Source of the DNA: Octopus vulgaris | Taxonomy: Eukaryota | DNA length: 64,000 bases | Direction of reading: 5' to 3' | NCBI GenBank assembly: GCA_951406725.2 | Contig: OX597819.1 | Span: 1,426,001-1,490,000, forward strand | Part shown: positions 1-11,506 of the stretch, one piece after another | Position numbering within the stretch: the stretch's first letter is position 1 | Layout: every line of letters begins with the position of its first letter | Notes under the pieces: model-generated | Seen by the model: only the letters and a program-made list of their open reading frames with translations | Database searches by the model: none | Told to the model about the DNA's origin: nothing | Position numbers and translations under genes: made by a program

Positions 1-540
1 TCTTCACAAGCCGTTCGATGGTAGCTGATACTTTAGCACCTAAAAGGACTTCAGTAATAATGAGTGGGAATGCAGTACAATGTCTTTCTTTAATCAAACC
101 ATTCTATCACAAGGTTTGTCCGGTGTTTTCTTCCTTCGGACAACACAGCTTATTTACTAAATTTGTTCGATGAATCCCCACACTCATTTCTTTCCACTTG
201 CTTGCAGATCAATGACCTTATCGTTAGACTTACAATGGTCTTGGAGGAATTAGTTCAAACAACTTGAGCGTAATTTGTACATAATGTTAAAACAGTTCTA
301 TTCCAAAGCAATGTTTTTGCTCTTGGCCACATGGTTTGGTTGTACAATGTCAAGCCAGATCGGTATGTCTACCTAGCCTTCCACAGCTTTTGAAACATTT
401 GTAGAAGTGGCTTTCTGTGAAAAGTCAACGTCTTGTACTAATAACCGATTACTCTTTCTCGTGTCTTACCATCATGCAGCTTTCTCATAGCACTAGTGAA
501 ACGTGGATCGTAGAAGTTTTATTACTGGTTCTGGTAAAGT
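1..540 (-). mobile_element. Highly decayed RTE-like LINE reverse transcriptase remnant
   Basis: Minus-strand fragments FYDPRFTSAMRKLHDGKTRERV, TYRSGLTLYNQTMWPRAKT and IITEVLLGAK occur in the same order as recalled RTE motifs (GCPPRFIAMVRQFHDGMQARV, YRxDGKLFNLRRLxAKTK, DTEVLxRA); many stops and deletions. Confidence 0.4.
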
Positions 541-1264
541 ATTTTCGATTAATCCTACGAGTATAATGCATTCCGATTAAAATGTTTGCTTTCGTTCAAA
601 ATTTTTGATTAGAATGACTCTAGATGTTCCTGGAAAAGGCATTTTTTACTACGATAATTTTTTCTCTCATCATTTTAGTAAACAGATCGTATGTAAAAAA
701 CAAACTTGTGGTTTATATTTTTTCGTTGTGATATTTTAGAGGAGTTTTTCACTATTTATTAACTTATTACTTACTTATTACTTACTTTACACTTTATAAC
801 GACATTTAATTACCCTATTCTTCGACGTAAATTCTTTTTACTTCCTTCTAGAATCGTTAACCATTTGGGTTGCTTAAGATGAGCTTTTTCATTGCCGCGT
901 GCTTTGCAAATGTCTTTTAGGTGTACCTTCAGACTAACAATAGTAATATACTAGTTTTCACAATCTCCAGCGATATGATTACTAACTTTTATTATGAGAA
1001 GGGTTGGTTTTCTTTCATCGAAAGAAAAAGGTCTATTCCTGATAACTTATAGAAGCTGGAAAAATTGTTTTCAACTGTGGTTGTAAAATGATTTTCACCT
1101 GCATATATTCTCTCAGCTCAGTATATGGAAATAAAGGTCTGTCAGAGTCGTGTGATAGTGGTGATAGTGGTGTCAATCTATTCACGCTCTTGTTGATCCC
1201 TATGACAAGTTTTTCACCGGTTTTGAATATAAACGGCAAGATGATTGGTATCACAGTAATCAGA

Positions 1265-1481
1265 ATATCGGTCTCAATTTTTAGGACAAAGGCAACAAAA
1301 TCGGGGCAGGGGATAAGTCGCTTACATCGACCCCAGTGCTCAACTGGTACTTCTTTTATCCACCCTGAAACGATGAAAGGCAAAGTTTACCTCGGTGGAA
1401 TTTGAACTCAGAACGTAAAGCCGGACAATGCCGCTAAGCATTTTGCCCGGCGTGCTAACGACTCTTCTAACTCACCACCTT
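1265..1481 (-). mobile_element. tRNA-derived SINE, type A (Meta-domain-like core, tail variant 2)
   Basis: Matches other copies in the window; B-box-like GAGTTCAAATTCC on minus strand; core GCCTTTCATCgTTTCaGGGTgGATAAAA; flanked by 12-bp TSD ACAGTAATCAGA (1253-1264, 1482-1493). Confidence 0.85.
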
Positions 1482-2212
1482 ACAGTAATCAGACTATTGG
1501 CTACTGTCTGTGACAGCCATTTTCAGGGCAAGGAAAGATGCCTATTACCACAACTATTTAGCCTGGTCAGATTCGGACAGATAATTTTTTAAACAGCTTC
1601 ATGTCGCCGGTCGCAAAATCTTCACCGTTTTTTTCCTTATTTAATTGCAAAGTCAAAGTGAAGTGAGAAGGGGTAATTGCATTTTCTAAAATACACGTAT
1701 GATAGTAATGTTGTTAGTATTCGAGATGTAATCAATGTCAGCAAAGCTCGTATAAGCAAAATTTAACGAGGGTGAAAATATATTATATATTTGGCATGAA
1801 TGACGCCTATGTTCGTGAGGAAAACGTGTTTCTCTAATTAGAAAAACAAAGAAAATAGAACCTTTTACTGATCTAGGCTTCTTTAGGTCGTCGTAGTTGC
1901 AGAGGAATATGTTTCAAACACATTGTAGCGAACATCTGCGCCAGTACGTCTGACGCTGATGGCTATGTATGTGTGTATGTGTGTGTGCATGTGTATGTAT
2001 GTATGTATGTATGTATGTATGTATGTATGTATGTATGTATGTATGTATGTATGTATGTATGTATGTATGGTTGCTGTTGCTTAGTTAGTGGGATTGACTC
2101 AGTGCACAGCCTTTCCTCACTTTAAAAAAAATCTTGCACAGGCATTGCACGATGACAACATTGATTAAGCTTCGTGCAATGGCCATACTCGATAACGAGG
2201 GGGCAACCACCA

Positions 2213-2271
<59 letters not shown>

Positions 2272-2594
2272 ATGTATGTATGTATGCGTGTATACGTATG
2301 TATGTATTTATGTACACACGTGTGTATGTCTAAGAAAAGAAAGGCCAGAGGATTTCACTCTTGGAGAAAAGACCCCCCCACCAAAAAAAAAATGAGAAAT
2401 TATACTGACCAGTCTTTACTCGGTTTTCAACAATCTGGTTCTGATGTACTTTGTTTCACTTCTGCCACTGTATCTATCTCCATTGACGGTATAAATAGTG
2501 ATACTGGGAAATGTTTACTTCTGAGGGTATTAAAAAAGCTTCTTTTACGCTGGTAACGTTTCTTGCAATGCAGATCGAGGCTCTTGAATTTCAG

Positions 2595-2654
2595 GTGTTA
2601 TGATAGTCATTGTGGTGATTGGGGGATCACTCACGCTGAGGACAATGAGTGAAG
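2595..2654 (+). other. Weak candidate 60-nt symmetric exon
   Basis: tttcag|G acceptor and AAG|GTAAAC donor; open only in phase 1 (VMIVIVVIGGSLTLRTMSE). No homology recognised. Confidence 0.2.
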
Positions 2655-2774
2655 GTAAACGTAGCATATATGATATCTGTGGTAATTCTTCGGTCACCTG
2701 CATGACTATATTGGTATATATACATACATATTAAAATTGTGTGTGTGTGTGTGTGTGTGTGTATTCCATTATTC

Positions 2775-2900
2775 CTTGTTTTGTTTCAGTCATTTGACTG
2801 CAGCCATGCTGGAGCGCAGCCTTTAGTCGAACTAATCGACCCAAGAACTTATTCTTTGTAATCCTAGTACTTATTCTATCAGTCACTTATTGCCGAACCG
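2775..2900 (-). mobile_element. SINE type B 3' part
   Basis: Reverse complement of CGGTTCGGCAA...GATAGAATAAGTACTAGG...CCAGCATGGCTGCAGTCAAATGACTGAAACA, shared with the fuller copies at 58031 and 52297. Confidence 0.8.
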
Positions 2901-2970
2901 TTTCGAGCCTACGCTCTTCTACAGAAAGGGACACAGGAAAAACAAGGAGAGAAACAAGGAGAGAAAAAAA
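2899..2970 (-). mobile_element. Penelope-like terminal repeat fragment with hammerhead-like motif (family H1)
   Basis: Minus strand CCTTT-CTGTAGA-A-GAGC-GTAG-GCTC-GAAACG; same repeat at 5390-5550 and 31085-31270. Confidence 0.6.
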
Positions 2971-2999
2971 ACAATATAACAATATATATATATATATAT

Positions 3000-3190
3000 T
3001 TGAGGATGGTCATATTATGCCAGTTAAACACACGCGCAATATATTTGGTCTTCACTTCAGCTTTATTATTATTATTTTAGCTTTTTTTTTGTCAAAGTTC
3101 TTCCGTCACACATTCTGTGACCTCTTCAGCGACTCTCTATCCCAGGTGTCTTCTTTTGTCCTGCTTACTCCATTTTGTCTTTCTGTGTAT
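3000..3190 (-). mobile_element. Penelope-like non-autonomous fragment with decayed hammerhead (family H2)
   Basis: Minus strand GTCG-CTGAAGA-g-GTCACA-gaatg-TGTGAC-g-GAAG-aactt-TGAC at about 3090-3133: canonical core, 6-bp stem II, short stem I. Confidence 0.5.
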
Positions 3191-3197
3191 CCATATA

Positions 3198-3445
3198 ATA
3201 AAGTTACCTTCTCGAGTCATGTCGACTCTTAAGGGCCGGTTTCCCGGTTTCTATGGCGTATGAATTCCCCACTTGGACGGAACGGTGGTTCGTCGCAGGA
3301 TTACTCATTTTAGCCAACTGAGCCAACTTGAGCAACGTGAAATAAAGTATTTTGCTCAAGAACACAACGCGTCGCCCGGTTCAGGAATCGAAACCGGAAT
3401 CTTACGATCATGAGTCCAATACCTTAACCACTAGGCTACGCACCT
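3198..3445 (-). mobile_element. tRNA-derived SINE type D (CORE-like segment plus V-domain-like segment)
   Basis: Minus-strand head TAGCCTAGTGGTTAAGG...GGTTTCGATTCC (A and B boxes), then TTGTGTTCTTGAGCAAAATACTTTATTTCACGTTGCTC, then CCTGCGACGAACCACCGTTCCGTCC...AGAAACCGGGAAACCGG; second copy at 5615-5820. Confidence 0.75.
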
Positions 3446-3477
3446 TGACTGTCTGCACATGCGCTTCTGTCTGTATC

Positions 3478-3594
<117 letters not shown>

Positions 3595-3897
3595 CCGTGT
3601 GTGTGTGTGTGTGTGTGTGTATCCGTGTGTGTGTATCCGTGTGTGTGTGTGTGTGTGTTTAGTATGCGTATCTTGCGTGCGTACACATGGGCTTGCTTAT
3701 TACACTGTACCAGTATCTTTTATTTATTTATTTATTTACTCTCAGTCTTTTTTAGTATGTGTATAAGCGTTTTGTGTGTGTGTGTGTGTGCATGTGCGTA
3801 TGCGAATGTGTATGGATTTATGTATTACGCTCTTTGTGTCTGTCTTTTTTCCTTCTCATTCTGTCTTTAGTCGTTAGGTTGCTTTCTAATGCATACA

Positions 3898-3966
<69 letters not shown>

Positions 3967-4726
3967 ATATAAATATGTACACACATACACACACACACAC
4001 GCACATATGTATAAGTATATATTTGCATTGCACATAGCTCACCTTCAACACAACAGAGCTGCTCTATCTGCCCCACCCCCCTCACAAAAATTGTTACGAT
4101 ACAAACAAATGGTTCCTCACAACGGTTCTCGTCCATAATGTCGACTAGTTCTTTAGATAGCAGTTCAACTTGCGCTGGGTTAATCTTTCCTTTCCAGAGA
4201 CCTTATTTTTATCCTTTTCGGTTTTATTCTCCCAGATTAGTCATTTGCAACATGATCAAACATGCACCAGGTTGTATTAGACTGCATGTACCACTAATGT
4301 TCAAAGCCAATTGATGCATATACGCATACGTACAGGCAGGGACACAATAACACATAGAGATGCAAGCCCGTCTATTTATTTATTCATAACAAAGCCTATT
4401 GTTACACTCGTAATTATTCTCTGGCAGGGAACCTTGTGCCATTATGTAAATAAGTTGGAGCTTAGGCAGTTCAAAACTAAGAGAAGAGCGAATCTTTGTA
4501 CATCGCTAAATAACAATAAAACTAACGGTTCAATTCTCGTTCATGGCTACAAAATTCTCAACGAGATCAAATATACATGACCGAGAGTTCGTATGTGTGT
4601 ATATATGAATGCAGACGTGTGTGTATATTATTTTGTAAGCTTTAAGCTCATAAAATATCATTATTTACAGAATGTAAAAAATTCGGCATCGCTTACCGAA
4701 TAATCGCTCAAAACACACACACACAC

Positions 4727-4946
<220 letters not shown>

Positions 4947-4949
4947 AAA

Positions 4950-5157
4950 CAGAGTGTCCCAGAAGTCGCGCACCATTCTGGTTTTCATTAAAAATAATTA
5001 AAGCATTTTATTTTATAATATTTTTTTCTGCATGTTTTATTTGTAGAAAGTGCTCAATTTGATCATTTGTTACGATTAATTTCAATAAAGTGTCTTTGAA
5101 ATCAATTAGGGTGTATTCTTTTAAAACAACCAGGGTGGTGCGCAACCTCTGGGACAC

Positions 5158-5158
<1 letters not shown>
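4950..5158. mobile_element. Tc1/mariner-type MITE
   Basis: Terminal inverted repeats GTGTCCCAGAAGTCGCGCACCA and TGGTGCGCAACCTCTGGGACAC (2 mismatches) around an AT-rich non-coding interior. Confidence 0.75.
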
Positions 5159-5193
<35 letters not shown>

Positions 5194-5389
5194 GAAACAT
5201 AGAATCATCCACAAACGCACACATGAATTAATATGAACTCCATCTCAGTAGTCTTCTCCCCTTGTTTCGACTTTATGGAATCGCATTTCTCACCTCACTA
5301 TACTCCAAACGTTTTGAGAAGACATCTTATGTAAGTATACTAGTTTTAAGAAAAGATCGTTATGATCTAAATGATAGATCGTTAGCCAC

Positions 5390-5550
5390 ATTTTTTTTCT
5401 CTCCTGTTTTTTTCTGTGTCCCTCTCTGTAGAAGAGCGTAGGCTCGAAGCGTAAAAGACTTTTTCTATTCCTGAGCGTTATACTAATACATCTGTTTGTT
5501 TTGTACACCACCTGTCTTCGTCTTTTGTTTTTTTCGTAAACTCTTCCTAA
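5390..5550 (+). mobile_element. Penelope-like terminal repeat with hammerhead-like motif (family H1)
   Basis: CTGTAGA-A-GAGC-GTAG-GCTC-GAAGCGTA-AAAG at 5426-5457; downstream part resembles the 31150-31260 copy. Confidence 0.6.
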
Positions 5551-5614
5551 TTTTAATAAAGACAGTCATACTTTTTAGTCAAAGAAGAACTAAGATATGC
5601 ATGTAAAAGTAGTA

Positions 5615-5820
5615 ATAAAGTTCCTTCTCGAGTCGTATAAACTACTCATAGGGCCGGTTTCCTGGTTTTCGTAACGTACATATTCCTCCCTGGACTGGAC
5701 GCCGGTCCGTCGCAGGATTACTCATTTTTGCCAGCTGAGTGGATTGAACTTTTTTTGGCTCGAGAACAGTGCGTTCAGGAATCGAAACCACAGTCTAAAC
5801 ACTAAGCACGCGCATCCACA
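5615..5820 (-). mobile_element. SINE type D, internally deleted copy
   Basis: Colinear with 3198-3445; minus strand carries CCTGCGACGGACCGGCGTCCAGTCCAGGG. Confidence 0.7.
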
Positions 5821-5849
5821 AATTAAGCATATTCTTAATTTTATTTATT

Positions 5850-6083
5850 TCTTATTTCTTTATTGCCCACAAGGGGCTAAATATAGAGGGAACAAACAAG
5901 GATAGAAGGAACAAACAAGGGATTAAGTCGATTACATCGACCCCAGTGCGTAACTGGTACTTAATTTATCGACCCCGAAAGGATAAAAGGCAAAGTCGAC
6001 CTCACCGGAATTTGAACTCAGAACGTAACGGCAGACGAAATACGGCTACGCATTTCGCCCGGCGTGCTAACGTGTCTGCCAGC
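5850..6083 (-). mobile_element. SINE type A (tail variant 1)
   Basis: Nearly identical to 8345-8577 and 40737-40958; tail ...TTTAGCCCCTTGTGGGCAATAAAGAAAT on the element strand. Confidence 0.88.
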
Positions 6084-6721
6084 AACCTATCTAACCACAC
6101 AGGGATTAAAAGAAAAATGCAACACTTTATGTAACGAAAACTCCGAATTCGCATCTGATTTTCATAAGTAGACAAATGTATTTGAAATGTTTACAATCCA
6201 AAATTGCATTGATGGTATATTGAGACGGTCCAACAATAATATTATTATTATGATTGTCATCCAAATTTATTTCTCAAGTTTTATAACCAAAATAAACAAG
6301 TTAAAAAAAAAAGGCTTCATTCATAAAAAGGCCATAAGTAATGAACTTGGATAATATAACAAAGATATCCTGGCCTAGATATGAAACCAGGTTTGTCACG
6401 GGCGAAGATTTTCGCAGCTACGTTATAAAATAAACAGACAATTTAAGCCCAATAAAGACCCGCATTTCTTAGTAAGGTAAGACTGAAACTAGGAGAGAGA
6501 GAGGGAGGGAGAGAGTGAGAGAGGGAGAGGGAGAGAGAGAAAGAGAAAGAGAGAGAGAGAAGAAAAAAAACAAAACATTATAGTAATTTACTAATGGACT
6601 GAAGGAAAAAGTATATTATTTATACTTTTTACTCACCTCTGAACCGATCTACTTTCTATGGCCCACACATTGCCAATAAACAATATTCTTTGAATCGAAC
6701 ACTTAATCGAACACAAACATA

Positions 6722-7105
6722 TCCTTTACGTGTTTCAATCATTAGACTGCGGCCATGCTGGTGCACCGCCTTGGAGAATGTTTTAGTCGAATGCTTCGAA
6801 TCCAGTACTTATTTTTAAATCCTGTATCTTATTCTATTGCACTCTTTTGCCGAAACGCTACGTCGCGGGGACATAAACCCACCAGCACCGGCTGTCAAAC
6901 GGTAGTGGGGGACAAATACACACACACACACACACACATTCACAACGGGCTTCTTTCAGTTTCCGTCTACCAAATCTACTCACATGTCTTTGGTCGACCT
7001 AAAGCTATAGTAGAAGAAACTTGCTCAAGGTTCCACGCAGTGAGACTGAACCCGGAACCATATGGTTGGGAGGCAAGCTTCTTACCACACAGCCACGCCT
7101 GGGCC
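6722..7105 (-). mobile_element. SINE type B, full length (CORE-like head, internal (TG)n, LINE-like tail)
   Basis: Minus strand GGCGTGGCTGTGTGGTAAG...GGTTCCGGGTTCAGTC...CCTTGAGCAAGTTTCTTCTAC; internal microsatellite at about 6915-6940; tail CCAGCATGGCCGCAGTC. Confidence 0.85.
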
Positions 7106-7231
7106 TATATATCGAAATATGTAGATATTTCTACTATAAATTGTATTGGTGATAACTAATTAGGATGAAGCACATACAGGTGGAAAAAAGTGGATACAAA
7201 GTAAATTAATCATCCATTATTCTTTTTATCA

Positions 7232-7410
7232 ATCTTTTACTTGCTTCACTCTTAGGTCTGTGGCCATGCTGGGGCATCGTCTTGAAGGGTTTTGTTTAAC
7301 AACTCGACTTCCGTACTTATTCTATCCTTTTGCTGAACTGCTAAGGTATGGGATCGTAAAGAACTCAATACAATTCGTTAAGCGGTGGCTTGAGACAAAT
7401 ACAAACATAA
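7232..7410 (-). mobile_element. SINE type B 3' half, diverged
   Basis: CTTTTACTTGCTTCA...TGTGGCCATGCTGGGGCA...TTTTGCTGAACTGCTAAG matches the type B tail. Confidence 0.65.
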
Positions 7411-7595
7411 AATGCATACCTATAGATATATTCATATATATGTTGAACAAATATATTATATTTGTTTACGCTTCATAAGTCTTAATAAACTGTTAGAAAA
7501 AAAGAATTATCTTCATTCAGAAAAATTATGAGTGAATAAAAATTCAGGACACATACAGACAGACAGATACACACACACTGACAGACAGACAGACA

Positions 7596-7645
<50 letters not shown>

Positions 7646-7669
7646 AACACATATATGTATGTGTATATA

Positions 7670-7884
7670 TGTACCGAAAAGTTCCTGGCTTTAAGGGTAT
7701 ATTGCGAAAGGCCTGGTTGGAGGCCCAACCTTCCGAGTTCTTTTACAAGACTTAGAAAAACTGAAGGGCAGCTGCAATAAGTGTATGAATCTGAAGTGAG
7801 AATATGTTGAATAAAATCATAATTAACTTTTCCTTCAATATTTTCTTTTACCCAAATTGAGGAACTTTTCAGCACTCCCTCGTA
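7670..7884 (+). mobile_element. mariner-derived MITE (deletion derivative)
   Basis: Decayed left TIR GAAAAGTTCCTGGCTTT and right TIR AGGAACTTTTCAGCACTCCCTCGTA; interior translates to a mariner C-terminus LEKLKGSCNKCMNLK*EYVE*. An extra TIR piece (GGGGGTGCTGAAAGTTCCT) lies at about 7987-8006. Confidence 0.75.
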
Positions 7885-7901
7885 TGTGTGTCTATACATA
7901 T

Positions 7902-7978
<77 letters not shown>

Positions 7979-8112
7979 TACATAACAGGGGGTGCTGAAA
8001 GTTCCTTCTAGATAGATAGATAGATAATGATACATACACACACACACGCACAAACATATTTCGATATATATACATGTATGTATATCGAAATATGTTTGTG
8101 TGTGTATGTATC

Positions 8113-8146
<34 letters not shown>

Positions 8147-8162
8147 AGTATATCTGATACCT

Positions 8163-8577
8163 ATTTCTTTATTGCCCACAAGGGGCTAAACATAGAGGGG
8201 ATAAACAAGGACAGACAAACAGGTTAAGTCGATTACATCGACCTCAGTGTGTAACTGGTACTTAATTTATCGACCCCGAGAAGGATGAAAGGCAAAGTCG
8301 ACCTCGGTGGAATTTGAACTCAGAACGTAACGGCAGACGAAATACTTATTTCTATACTATCCACAAAGGGCTAAACACAGAGAGGACAAACAAGGACAGA
8401 CAAACGGATTAAGTCGATTATATCGACCCCAGTGTGTAACTGGTACTTAATTTATCGACCCTGAAAGGATGAAAGGCAAAATCGACCACGGCAGAATTTG
8501 AACTCAGAACGTAACGGCAGACGAAATAGCGCTAAGCATTTCGCCCGGCGTGCTAACGATTCTGCCAGCTCGCCGCC
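8163..8577 (-). mobile_element. SINE type A tandem dimer inserted as one unit
   Basis: A full monomer (about 8345-8577) plus a 5'-shortened monomer (8163-8345), bounded by a perfect 25-bp direct repeat CTATCTATCAGTATATCTGATACCT (8138-8162, 8578-8602). Confidence 0.9.
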
Positions 8578-8684
8578 CTATCTATCAGTATATCTGATAC
8601 CTGCCACAGACACATAAACCTATTACTCATGCGTAACTCATGCAAGCTTTAAGTCTGAGTTATGTCTTGATCTTCGGTACTTTT

Positions 8685-9028
8685 TTGTTATATTTACTGT
8701 AATTAGAAGAAGAGCCTGACCTCATGACCTTTGTTGCCCCTTCCAGGTCAACGAGAACGTTGCAATTAATGTTTGTCATGAACCTTTCAATGTCAAAACA
8801 TACTTGAATGATTTAAAGAACGAGGGTATTTCAGACAGGTGACTTTCTGGTAAGGAAGTATCGGATTCAGTGATTAGTGTGGGCTTTTGAGAGGGGTGAG
8901 TGGACAAAGATAATAATAAGAGAAATGAGTGGGATGGGAATATATATCTGGTGGTGGCGGCATGTGCTCAGGAAGCTCCGAAAACCAGGGTTTGGACAGT
9001 AAGCTATAAAAATGCTGAGAAGTGAGAA

Positions 9029-9073
<45 letters not shown>

Positions 9074-9530
9074 AAGTATGCTCTTGGTCAGAGACTGGAG
9101 CGTGAGTGACTTTGCTCCAATAATTTAGGTTGCTCTTTTCTGGATGTTGTCCTGGATGTCTATGAGAGCATGAAGAGGCCATCACAGAAGTGAGAGCAAT
9201 ACTCGATTTTGGTCCTCACCAGAACTTTATAGAATATCGGTAATGGAGACAGAAGAAGATCGGTAATGAAGAATGTCGGTGAATATCAGTAATGGAGACT
9301 GAAGTATCTTCTATTCCCGAAGAGAAGGGACTGTGTTGAGATGTAGTCATAGCTGTGAAGGATGTGCTTTTGCCGCGAGAGATCATCAGTGGTAGAGAGA
9401 CCCAATAATTAGAGCGATTGTGAGAGCTTTGAGTCTTGCTCGTGATTAACGAGTGTATTGTAGAATGATATTTTCTTGGAATGAGTAACATTTGTGATTT
9501 CTTGCCATTGGAAAATGATTTCGAGCTTTC
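8685..9530 (-). mobile_element. Decayed CR1-group LINE, 3' part of ORF2
   Basis: Minus-strand fragments LLGLSTTDDLSRQKHI, ILYKVLVRTKIEYCSHFCDG and SELPEHMPPP match the post-RT region of CR1/L2-group LINEs (LYKAQVRPxMEYCSHIW); interrupted by (AG)n at 9033-9069. Confidence 0.7.
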
Positions 9531-10139
9531 TGTTCATTGTGAGAGTGGATTTGGTGTGTGGTGTCACATTCAAACAAACTTACATCATTACACATGTGTA
9601 TCAACTCATCTTACATATACTGTCTTTTTCCTCCTACACTGGCCACATTTATTTCTCTTACCTGTGCACACTATTCTTTGTCAAAGAAAAACATTTCCTT
9701 TACTCCAATACTACCTCAAAAAGTTCACAGGCTACTGAAGACTGCTACCTCTTTGAATGAACATTACATCTTTTTGCCTTTTTCATTTTCGCACTCATCT
9801 TTTTCTTATACATGGCGAAGGACCACTGACTGAAACAGCGTTTTATCCACAGCATTGCATGCATTTCCTTTTGTACTTGGCACGTTCTGTTTTTAATTTT
9901 ACTTTTCGTTGACATGGATATTCCTTAATTACTTGGCTATCAATTACCGTACTGATTCAGACCAAACATGAACTGCTCTTGGGTTTTTAAATAGTTTTTT
10001 TGACTGTAATTTATTATAACTAAAACTTTACAAAAGTCACTTTAAGTTTCACATTTTTGTCCAGATAATCGTAGATGAAAATATTCCATTAAATGAATGA
10101 ATGATTTAAATGCATATTTAGGGTAAATGCGTGTGTGTT

Positions 10140-11210
10140 GAAGGTAATACAGTGCTCTGTCACTGAATGCACGAGTAGATGTCTCATCAGGTGGTGAAGC
10201 AGCTCTGTAGGTGTTTCAGTACCTTCCACCCAGTGACTCGGGAAAGAAATTTGCTTAGGAATTACAAACTCAGGTACAAAATGTTTTATAAACAAGGCCG
10301 AGTTTTTCCAATCTTAATATCAAAATAAACACAGGTGTAATAATAATGTTTATTATTATAAATGGAAAAGTAATGCTTCAAATCATTCCCCAAATTTCTC
10401 TACGGTCGCTTGTTTTGGTAATGAAGTTTTTCAAGAGTATGTCCAGAGAGTTTTCATTGCATAAACGCTTATGCACATGCATGACGGCACAGTGTGTCAG
10501 ACGGCGTTGCGTCATTGTGGTACAGAGTCAGGTCTTTAAACTACAAAGTGTGCCGAACATTCTCTCGCACGATGCAACAGACACAGGCTTGCAACATGAC
10601 AACATTCTCATCATAAAGGCTTGTCCATAGCGCTTTCATAAGAATGATGCATTAGTGAACAAAGTTCAATGCATCAGTGACCATGACAACCGCAGATCCA
10701 ACTTCTTGGAGGACACGGTCCAGGGAGTAGTTTCTGAAGTGTACAAAATATGTACCAGGAAACGTATTTTAATTTCTGTTGGATATCTGAAATGTTTCTG
10801 TTCATGGTACTTGTGACATCAAAGGATAAAGCAACATAATTTTGAGTCCAACGAAATGTTTAAGCGACAAAAAACATCCAGAATAACCTTAGTTAGTGTC
10901 TCCGAAGATTAGTTAGAAGGGTTATAAAAGTCCAAGAAATCTTCGTGGACATACTAGTTTTCAGAAACATAACGACAATAACTAATTCTTGTTCCATGTC
11001 AGAGCAATCACATATAACAATAAACATGGAATCTTCAACCTTTTTTCTGATCTCATGTAGGGTGTTATGAACATATGCCTCCAGGATTTCATTTTGTATC
11101 ATAGAAAATTAATTCCCCGTTTAAGCCGCTGACTTACTTATTCATTGCAATCTTCGGCAAGTTCTTTTATGAGATTTACGAAGTTTCCTGTGACATGTAT
11201 TAACTTTCTC
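10140..11210 (-). mobile_element. Decayed hAT transposase (ZMYM1/Tip100-like)
   Basis: Minus strand GNFVNLIKELAED, IQNEILEAYVHNTLHEIRKKVEDSMFIVICDCSDMEQELVIV and FVHFRNYSLDRVLQEV are colinear with hAT motifs GNF, IQNE, DETxDxSxxEQL and YVHCxxHxLxL. No TIRs found. Confidence 0.72.
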
Positions 11211-11216
11211 TTCGAA

Positions 11217-11428
11217 GATGGAACTAGTAACTTCTTTTAGCTTTTACTAAGGAGATTCCTTGATCCTTCCACAATGGAACTGCTAACTGTTATCTTTTAC
11301 TAAGGATTTCCTTAATTCTCAGATCATGAAGGTGCTAAGCATTATTATCTCTCACTAAGGATGTCCTTTAATTCTTCGATGAACTAGTAACTACTAACAA
11401 CTTTTATTAAAGATATTCCTTTATTCTT
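11217..11428. repeat. Diverged minisatellite, about 4 units of 50-57 bp
   Basis: Recurring ATGGAACTAGTAACT...CTTTTACTAAGGA...TTCCTT.ATTCTT. Confidence 0.65.
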
Positions 11429-11506
11429 ACTCTTCAAATACAGAAGAGTTGGTTCACATAGAAATCTTTACTCAATGACATAGGATCCACATATTCAGCT
11501 TTTCTA

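Noticed and set aside
4043-4136. Minus-strand ATG-to-GTGAGC mini exon
   Set aside because: Good donor, but an unrecognisable peptide and no supporting exons; expected by chance in 64 kb.
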